DNA of 60,762 nucleotides, the filler included. It is 8 parts of 8 records of this genome, joined end to end, with 100 filler letters (N's around TTAATTAATTAA, not from the genome) between each part and the next. Parts side by side here need not be neighbours in the genome. Positions count along the whole stretch, not along the records: positions 52,862 to 60,762 come from SRR31156797_157708; 7 more parts are not named here. One strand, written 5' to 3'. Shown piece after piece: positions 53,875 through 60,762 of the stretch; the first letter of the stretch is position 1, and every line of letters begins with the position of its first letter. The translations under genes and the position numbers were made by a program. The notes beneath the pieces are model-generated. The model did no database searches, was not told where the DNA came from, and worked only from the letters and a program-made list of their open reading frames with translations.

Positions 53875-54903
53875 CTATACGACCTCAAGCAGCGTTCGGT
53901 CCCGAAGCGGCAGCGGTATTGCCAGGTCGTCGCCGGGCGTTACCGGTGAGTCCGGCCGCTCGCGGCGCCAGGCCGGGCAATCGGCGCTGAGTTTTATCAG
54001 GCGATCGGCAATGCCCGGCAAGGGGCCGGACCCGGCGACGATATCGCCCTGGTTCCACAGGACCGATCGGTGGCTATCGATGCCGATCGCCGCGGCGGGA
54101 GTCCGAAAGGCCGAGGCAATCGCCGGCCAATCCCTGTCTGCGCCCAGGAAAAAGCGGGCCCGAAATACGGCCGCAACCTGCAGACCAAAGCCCGCCGGAT
54201 GGGATCGCAGATCGATGCATCCCTCGGGGGCGGGCAGGGACTTCTCGGCCGGCCCGACGCAAACCAGCCCGCCGCCCTGAACGTCTTGAATGTGCGCCGC
54301 CAGGTCGCGCCAATCGTCGGCGGAGACGGCGGGTTCGCCGGCACGCCCCATCGATATGCAGGCAAACCACCGGTTCGCCGGGCCGGCGGCGCTTGTCAGC
54401 AGGGCGTCCAGGGCGTTTTTTTTGTCCAGGGGGATACGGAAACCCGGCGGGTCTTCGGCCAAACCCCGAATGCGTGCGGCGTCACTGGCCAGGGTGCCCG
54501 GGCTGAGCAGCAGGTCCGGCGTGCCCAGGTTCATTTCCGACCAGTTCGGATCGGGACATTTGACCGGCGCGCTGCGCCCGGTATCAAACCAGTCGATCGG
54601 GATGGTTACCGGCGATTCCGTGGAAACGCCGATATCGTTGTGGAAATAGGGATTGCAATCGATCACGAAGCGGCGCCCGTCGTCGCTGTCCCGGTACATG
54701 GCAAAAACCCGGGCGCCGGGGAATTGCCGGACGATGAATGCCGCCACGATGTTTTGGTGAACGAATTCATTGAAGCGGCCGGCATTTAAAAATACGCCGA
54801 TGGTGCCGGCCTGGCGGTTGGATTTCTTGAAATCCACATAGTCGCGGAAACCCGCAAACGTCTTTTGCAGCGCATCGCCGGAACTGTCGGTTCCACTCGC
54901 CAA
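53875..54903 (-). CDS. Divergent paralog of the TIGR04372-like glycosyltransferase
   Basis: Shares YRD, NP, IPxxW, WFAC, QGG, RAR and AWR blocks with its neighbour; TTG at 54903 follows GGGAGG. Confidence 0.75.
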   Translation of the reverse strand: MASGTDSSGDALQKTFAGFRDYVDFKKSNRQAGTIGVFLNAGRFNEFVHQNIVAAFIVRQFPGARVFAMYRDSDDGRRFVIDCNPYFHNDIGVSTESPVTIPIDWFDTGRSAPVKCPDPNWSEMNLGTPDLLLSPGTLASDAARIRGLAEDPPGFRIPLDKKNALDALLTSAAGPANRWFACISMGRAGEPAVSADDWRDLAAHIQDVQGGGLVCVGPAEKSLPAPEGCIDLRSHPAGFGLQVAAVFRARFFLGADRDWPAIASAFRTPAAAIGIDSHRSVLWNQGDIVAGSGPLPGIADRLIKLSADCPAWRRERPDSPVTPGDDLAIPLPLRDRTLLEVV

Positions 54904-55260
54904 TAATCCCTCCCGCTTCCAGTAATCTGTTCCGGTGCTACCGCCATCGTACGCCGGATCGGGACACCACAACCTAGAACGTTTAGCCGCCGTTCGGAAG
55001 GCCGCTCAAAAGGGGCGGTTGATTTGTCCGAAATCGACTTAACCCCTAGGCATAGGACCAGATTTGGACTAAATAGCATTAATTATTATTATCAATATGG
55101 TCTTGCCGGGGGTTCGGCGTTAGGAATCCCTTGCGGGGCGGCGCGAAGAGAAGCCACAGAAAAAAAGAGCATCTTGAGGGGTTTTCGCGCCCGGGCAACG
55201 TGTGGCGGCCGATTTTTCGGCTGCAGGCTGGTCCTGGTTTGATGGCGTGTGGGAAGCCCT

Positions 55261-58200
55261 ATGAACGACGATCCGACTGAATTTTCCGGCACCGGCACCG
55301 CCGTATCGAACGGCTTTCCGGCGAACGGGCCCGAACCCGAAGGTGTGATTCAGGTTGCACAGGCTGGGTCCATCGATGCCGACGAGCCCATCGGCCAGGT
55401 CGAGACCACCGAAGGCACGGTAACGGTTCGTCGGGCCGACGGCACCGAAGAAAACCTTCAGGCAGGCGATCCGATTTTCCAGGGCGACGAACTGGAAACC
55501 GGTGCCGATGGTGCCATCGGTATCGTCTTCATCGACGATACGACCTTTTCGCTGGCCGAAGACGCTCAGATGACCCTGGACGAAATGGTCTACGACCCGG
55601 CCAGCCAGCAGGGAAGCTTCAATGCCAACCTGGCCCAGGGCGTCTTTTCCTTCATCAGCGGCCAGATCTCGAAGACCGACCCCGATGCGATGACGATCAC
55701 GACGCCGGTGGCGACGATCGGAATCCGCGGCACCACCGGGGCGATCAATCTGCCGCCGGATGCGGTACTGACCGTGGTTCTGACGGCGGATGCCAACGGT
55801 ATCGTCGGCGAAATGACCGTTTCCAACGATGCTGGCCTGCAGGTTCTGAACGCACCGTTCCAGGCGACCCAGGTGGCCGGGCTCGGCCTGGCGCCATCGG
55901 GCACATTCACCATGACGGTTGCGGAGTTCAACAGCACCTACGGTTCCGCCCTGGCCGTCCTGCCGGCGTCTCCGGCCTCCGGCGGCGGCGACGAAGGCGA
56001 TGAGGGCGACGAAAACGGTGAAGGCGGCGACGGCGACGATGCCGCCGAGGGTGAAGGCGAAGAAGGCGAAGGAGGCGAGGGCGGCGACGGCGACGAAGGC
56101 GAGGGCGGAGAAGGCGAGGGCGAGGAGCAACTGGCCGAAGGCGAGGAAGGCCTTCCCGGTGAAGGCGGCCCCGAAGGTGAAGGCGGCCCCGAAGGTGAAG
56201 GGGACCCGGAAGGCGAAGGCGGCCCTCCTGCCGGCGGCGCCGGAGACGATACGGGCTTGGGTGGCGCCGGTGAAGAAGGCGGACCGCCCGACGGCGAAGG
56301 TGCGGAAGGCGAAGGGGAAGTGATCGCGGCCGCTCCGCCACCACCACCGCCACCGCCGCCACCACCGCCACCGCCGCCACCGCCACCACCGGTACCGCCA
56401 CCACCGCCACCGGCAGCACCACCACCGACGCCGGATAACGACCCTGAACCGGAACCAACTCCGGTTGTCGAAGAAACGCCGGCAGCGGTGACATCCGAGG
56501 AATTCGTTGCGACCTCCGGTTCCGACAGCTTCAGCGGCAATTCGGAAAACACTGAATACATCTATGATCAGGCGCTAAACGGAACCACCGCGGTTGGCAC
56601 AGCAAACGGCGGAGCCTTCGCCGGCGGCGGCACCGATGCGATCAGCGATGCCGGCGGCACCAACGACCGCATCACCTTCGAAAGCCTGCACGGCGTCAGC
56701 ATCAAGGCGGTCGTCCATCCAAGTGACGGTAATCCGTCGGATCCGGCGCTGCTGCAACTCTATATCCACGACACGTCGGGTTTCTCCAGCTTCGACGATT
56801 CGACCATCATCGAAGGCAGCCTGCTGACCACCATCAACCTCTCTACCGACATCGAAGAAGTCCAGGCGTCGTCGGAATCCCTGGCCAGTCCCGATTCCGG
56901 CGCCACCGTGCTGGCCGGCGGGGTCGACCTGACCGGCAGCGAAACGGCCTATATCATCGCCGGCGACGATGACTGGGAAACCATCGATTTGTCCGGGGAT
57001 TCCTACGCCGAAGGCGCCATCATCTTCGGCAACGGCGGCGATGACACCATCTACGGTACCGTCACCGGCAGTACCATGTTCGGCGGCGCCGGCAACGACC
57101 AGATCTACGTCAATTCGGCAAGTTCCAACAACACCGTCTCCGGCGGATCGGACCTCGACTATCTTGATTACGGGAATTTGGGCGTCGGCGTCGATTTCAG
57201 CCTGTCCGCCAGCAGCTTCAGCGCCGACCACGGATCCGGCAGCGATTCCATCGATACGATCGAGTACGTTTACGGCAGCGACAACGGCGATACCTGGGCC
57301 TTTTCCGGCGATACGACGTCGAACGCGCTGATCTATGCCTATGGCGGTTCCGGTAATGACAGCTTCACGTTTTCGGCCGGGGCAACGGTCGATCAAACTA
57401 TCTACGCCGACATCGGCGATGATGTGTTCACGCTGCAATCGGGCTCGACGCTTACCGGCGCCGGTTACCAAATCCAGGGCGGCAGCGGGACCGATACGCT
57501 CAACGTCTATTTCACCGGCGTCACCTATTCCGGCTTGCTTTCCGGCATCGAGGCGCTGAACTATGTCGGCGACGCATCCGACAACACCATCGACTTCAAT
57601 GCCGGGGTCAGCACCACCTTCGGCGGCCAGACCGTGGATGGCATCGATGCCGGCGATGGCACCGACACGATCGCCCTGCACACGTCGTCCGGCACCACCA
57701 TCAGCATCGCCAACGCCGAATCGATCACCGCCGGTTCCGGCACCGACCTCGTGACGCTCACGACCCTGGCCGAAAGCGTCGTCACCGTCGATCTCGGCAG
57801 CGGCGGCAACGACCAGCTGAGCCTGGCAGCCGGATCCGGCAACAACATCGTCAATGTCACCGGCGTCAATACCATCACCGGCGGTTCGGCCAACGATTCG
57901 ATCACCTTCACCGGCACGGCCAGTTCGGTTTCGGCCAATTTGGGTGCGGGCAGCGACAGCGTCACCCTGGCCGATGTCGCCAGCAATTCGGTCACGGTTA
58001 CCCATGCCGAAACCATCACCGGCGGATCGGGCGACGATACCGTAACGGTTTCATCCAACCTGTTGACCGGCTCGGTCATCGACCTGAAAGGCGACAGCGG
58101 CGGCGATGTCCTGAACCTGACCCTGGGGTCCCATGTCTTCAGCGTCTCGAGCGTCGAAACCGTGACCGGTTCCTCCGGCAACGATACCTGGGAACTGGAA

Positions 58201-59373
58201 AACACCCAGACCGGCGGCACCGTTTTCGACATGCAGGGCGGTTCGAACGACACTTTGGACCTTGCCGACGGCAGCGATACCGTCACCGTAAGCGACGTCG
58301 AGAAGATCTTCGGCGGGGCCGGCACCGATACGGTCACCCTGTCCGGAAATTACCAGGGCATCGAAATCAGCGAGGTCGAAAACCTGGTTGGCGGCGGCGC
58401 CAACGATCAAGTCACCCTGGCCGACGGCGCCGGCGAAACGGTGACGGTTTCCGGGACGCTCGAAACCATCGTCGGCGGCACCGGCACCGACACCGTCAAT
58501 ATCGCCGATTCCGGGCTTTCCCTGACCGGCTGGATCAGCGACGTCGAGACCATCAACGGCGGCACCGCGACCGACAGCATAACCCTCGGCAGCGGCGGCC
58601 AGACGGTCAACGTGTCGGGCATCGAAACGCTTAACGGCGGCACCGGCGACGATGCGGTCACGCTGACATCCGCCACCTCCAGCATGAACATCAATCTCGG
58701 CACCGGCACGGGCGATACCGTCACCCTGGCCGATGGCACCAATTCCGTAAGCGTCGCCGATACCGAGACCATCAACGGCGGCACCGGCGATGATTCCATT
58801 GACGTGATCGGCAGCAGCGATTCGACCGTCACCGGCGGTGACGGGGCGGACGCTATCGATCTGCTCGGCGGCGGCGCTTATACGGTGCAATACACCGCTG
58901 CCACCGACGGCGCGGCCGCCGGTTCGATCACCGGCTACGACACCATCGACAGTTTTGACACCGGCTCCGATCTGGTTTTCTTTTACGGGACGCTGTCGTT
59001 TGAACTGGACGATGGATTTTCTTCCGGTGCCCTGTCATTCGTCACCGACGGCTCGGCCGATTTCACTTCGTCCGACGAAGCCTTGCTGTTGACGACCACG
59101 CAGGAATTGGACGACACGGATCTGGTTGCCAATGGGTTCGGCTCTCTTTTGTCCGTGATCAATATGATCGGCCAGGCGGGCATTTTCGCCGACAGCGGCG
59201 ACGGCGGCTTGATCGTCGCCCAGGGGAACAGCGACACGGCCTTCTATCTCTATCAGGAGGACGGATCGGTCACAAACGATGTTTCGGCCGGTGAACTGTC
59301 GTTGCTTGGCGTCGTCAACAATGCCACCCTGGGCACAGATTCCTTCGACGTCGACGGCATGCCGCTCGGCTGA
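55261..59373 (+). CDS. Large T1SS-substrate-like protein: FecR-like domain, acidic Gly linker, polyproline, RTX-like repeats
   Basis: IGQV...LQAGDPIFQGDELETG...TPVATIGIRGT; many GGxGxDxUx repeats; no Sec signal peptide; T1SS ABC gene directly downstream. Confidence 0.9.
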   Translation: MNDDPTEFSGTGTAVSNGFPANGPEPEGVIQVAQAGSIDADEPIGQVETTEGTVTVRRADGTEENLQAGDPIFQGDELETGADGAIGIVFIDDTTFSLAEDAQMTLDEMVYDPASQQGSFNANLAQGVFSFISGQISKTDPDAMTITTPVATIGIRGTTGAINLPPDAVLTVVLTADANGIVGEMTVSNDAGLQVLNAPFQATQVAGLGLAPSGTFTMTVAEFNSTYGSALAVLPASPASGGGDEGDEGDENGEGGDGDDAAEGEGEEGEGGEGGDGDEGEGGEGEGEEQLAEGEEGLPGEGGPEGEGGPEGEGDPEGEGGPPAGGAGDDTGLGGAGEEGGPPDGEGAEGEGEVIAAAPPPPPPPPPPPPPPPPPPPVPPPPPPAAPPPTPDNDPEPEPTPVVEETPAAVTSEEFVATSGSDSFSGNSENTEYIYDQALNGTTAVGTANGGAFAGGGTDAISDAGGTNDRITFESLHGVSIKAVVHPSDGNPSDPALLQLYIHDTSGFSSFDDSTIIEGSLLTTINLSTDIEEVQASSESLASPDSGATVLAGGVDLTGSETAYIIAGDDDWETIDLSGDSYAEGAIIFGNGGDDTIYGTVTGSTMFGGAGNDQIYVNSASSNNTVSGGSDLDYLDYGNLGVGVDFSLSASSFSADHGSGSDSIDTIEYVYGSDNGDTWAFSGDTTSNALIYAYGGSGNDSFTFSAGATVDQTIYADIGDDVFTLQSGSTLTGAGYQIQGGSGTDTLNVYFTGVTYSGLLSGIEALNYVGDASDNTIDFNAGVSTTFGGQTVDGIDAGDGTDTIALHTSSGTTISIANAESITAGSGTDLVTLTTLAESVVTVDLGSGGNDQLSLAAGSGNNIVNVTGVNTITGGSANDSITFTGTASSVSANLGAGSDSVTLADVASNSVTVTHAETITGGSGDDTVTVSSNLLTGSVIDLKGDSGGDVLNLTLGSHVFSVSSVETVTGSSGNDTWELENTQTGGTVFDMQGGSNDTLDLADGSDTVTVSDVEKIFGGAGTDTVTLSGNYQGIEISEVENLVGGGANDQVTLADGAGETVTVSGTLETIVGGTGTDTVNIADSGLSLTGWISDVETINGGTATDSITLGSGGQTVNVSGIETLNGGTGDDAVTLTSATSSMNINLGTGTGDTVTLADGTNSVSVADTETINGGTGDDSIDVIGSSDSTVTGGDGADAIDLLGGGAYTVQYTAATDGAAAGSITGYDTIDSFDTGSDLVFFYGTLSFELDDGFSSGALSFVTDGSADFTSSDEALLLTTTQELDDTDLVANGFGSLLSVINMIGQAGIFADSGDGGLIVAQGNSDTAFYLYQEDGSVTNDVSAGELSLLGVVNNATLGTDSFDVDGMPLG
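56161..56226 (+). repeat. 18-bp coding tandem repeat (EGGPEG, about 3.5 copies)
   Basis: GAAGGCGGCCCCGAAGGT twice, plus degenerate copies. Confidence 0.8.
56335..56433 (+). repeat. CCR trinucleotide tract encoding P19-V-P6-AA-P3-T-P
   Basis: Read directly; only CCA and CCG proline codons are used. Confidence 0.95.
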
Positions 59374-59506
59374 TCGGAACGGGCCTCGGCTGCGCCCGGC
59401 CTATTCTTTGTCGGTTGGCCGCTTAATTTTCTTCGCTTTCCTGTGTTATGGTGTTTGCCGTTAAGGTGTTGGAGAGGCCGTATTTTTCGGCCTGGCGGGT
59501 AGAGCA

Positions 59507-60762
59507 ATGGCGGAACTCATCAAGCGCCTGTTTTCGCGTCCGGGAATCGCGGCCGAACTGATCGTCGCGTCGTTCCTGGCCAACCTGCTCGCCCTGGCCA
59601 GCCCGCTGTTCGTCATTCAGGTCCTCAACCGCTACGTCGCCCACGGCGTCGACGGCACCCTGATCACCCTGACAACCGGCGTCGTGCTTGCCGTCGGCCT
59701 GGAATTCGCCTTCCGCCAGGTCCGCATCCGGCTCGCCCGCGGCGTCAGCGCCGGTCCCGACGAAACCATGTCGGTGGCCGGCTACACCGTTCTGACCGGC
59801 GCCAAGTCGGCGGCCCTTGAACGCATCCCCAGCGGCATCAGCCGCGAGGCCATGGGCGGCGTCAATGCCGTCGAAACCGCCTATAGTGCGCCCAATATCG
59901 GCGCCGTCCTCGATGTGCCGTTCGCGGTTCTGTACGTCTTCGTTCTTTTCCTGCTGAACCCGATCCTGGCCGGTATCGCCGCGATCTTCCTGATCGGCGT
60001 TTTCCTGATCGCGACGGTCAGTCTGGCCAGCCTGCGCAAACCGACGCGCGAACTGGTCCAGGCGTCCGGCGCCGGAAGCGGCCTCGTCGGCACTGCCGTC
60101 AACCAAGCCGAAACCGTGCGCGCTTTCAATGCCGGCAATTTCCTGAACGGCGCCTGGCGCCGGCAGACGCGCCTGATCCAGAAACTGCGCCGCCGCATCG
60201 TCACCCGCCAGGGTTTCGTGCAGTCGGTCGGGCAAAGCGCCGCGGCGCTTATGAACATCGCCATCATCGCCACCGGCGCGACGCTGGTCGTCAAGGGTGA
60301 CCTGACGGTTGGATCGATGATCGGCGCCAACATTCTGGCGTCACGCGCCCTGATGCCGATTACCCGCTTCGCGCAATTGGGCGAAGTCTTCGCCAAGGCC
60401 CGGCAGTCGATGGAACTGATGCGCGAATTCGCCCGTCTTCCCATCGAAGCGACCGCCGGATCGGCCAAAAGCGACTATCGCGGCGGAATCGAATTGCGCG
60501 ACCTTTCCTTTGCCTTTCCGGCCGCCAGCGGCCCCTTGTTCGAATCGGTTTCGTTGCAGCTTGCGCCCGGCGCCGTGCTGTTGGTGACCGGCGGCAACGG
60601 CACCGGCAAGACGACCCTGGCCCGGTTGCTGACCGGCATCCTGGAACCGACCCGCGGACAGATTCTGGTCGACGGCCTCGATCTGCGGCAAAGCGTGCCC
60701 GAATGGTGGCGCCGGCAGATCATCTATCTGCCGCAGGAACCGGCTTTCCTCAACGCCACCAT
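59507..60762 (+). CDS. Type I secretion system ABC transporter permease/ATPase (3' truncated; not in the ORF track)
   Basis: MAELIKRL...ASFLANLLALASPLFVIQVLNRYV, LDVPF, LTVGSMIGANIL, Walker A GGNGTGKTT, Q-loop YLPQEP; no N-terminal C39-like domain. Confidence 0.93.
   Translation, partial: MAELIKRLFSRPGIAAELIVASFLANLLALASPLFVIQVLNRYVAHGVDGTLITLTTGVVLAVGLEFAFRQVRIRLARGVSAGPDETMSVAGYTVLTGAKSAALERIPSGISREAMGGVNAVETAYSAPNIGAVLDVPFAVLYVFVLFLLNPILAGIAAIFLIGVFLIATVSLASLRKPTRELVQASGAGSGLVGTAVNQAETVRAFNAGNFLNGAWRRQTRLIQKLRRRIVTRQGFVQSVGQSAAALMNIAIIATGATLVVKGDLTVGSMIGANILASRALMPITRFAQLGEVFAKARQSMELMREFARLPIEATAGSAKSDYRGGIELRDLSFAFPAASGPLFESVSLQLAPGAVLLVTGGNGTGKTTLARLLTGILEPTRGQILVDGLDLRQSVPEWWRRQIIYLPQEPAFLNAT

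Noticed and set aside
55928-56561. Antisense poly-Gly/Ser-Pro ORFs
   Set aside because: Mirror image of the low-complexity linker and polyproline tract.

Overview
The window is not one locus. It is eight unrelated fragments joined by seven identical artificial 100-bp spacers (N44-TTAATTAATTAA-N44), so gene neighbourhood only means something within a fragment. Taxonomic labels below are inferred from gene content and base composition. A (1-11968, alphaproteobacterial): ABC ATPase end, ghrA, uppP, gltDB, pckA, chvI-chvG. B (12069-18899, alphaproteobacterial): DUF482 GNAT, an internally duplicated unknown membrane protein, an EAL-CBS-GGDEF gene with a Pho-box-like array, RidA, a REC-MBL fusion, bfr start. 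C (19000-26246, Desulfobacterota-like): NosL-like/ABC cassette, DsbD_2/TauE-like protein, thioesterase, glucokinase and a collapsed rstAB-like pseudo-operon. D (26347-32025, alphaproteobacterial): malQ, treS-maltokinase, rplQ, rpoA end. E (32126-38325): AddA-like helicase-nuclease, CGNR zinc-finger protein, Opu-type permease-SBP fusion. F (38426-44296): PhnD-like SBP coupled to a hybrid kinase and a response regulator, DUF99 remnant. G (44397-52761, Planctomycetota-like): GH116 with a circularly permuted CBM-like insert, an unknown secreted protein, a LamG-HzsA-like diheme protein, a ferredoxin-like protein. H (52862-60762, alphaproteobacterial): two convergent TIGR04372-like glycosyltransferase paralogs, a FecR/polyproline/RTX-like giant protein and a type I secretion ABC transporter. 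The best candidates for undescribed systems are fragment H (possibly self-cleaving, glycosylated T1SS adhesin), fragment G (glycan-degradation/HzsA-like locus) and the nosZ-free NosL-ABC cassette in C. I saw no rRNA, tRNA, CRISPR array or transposase. All family calls come from reading motifs by eye; no database search was run.
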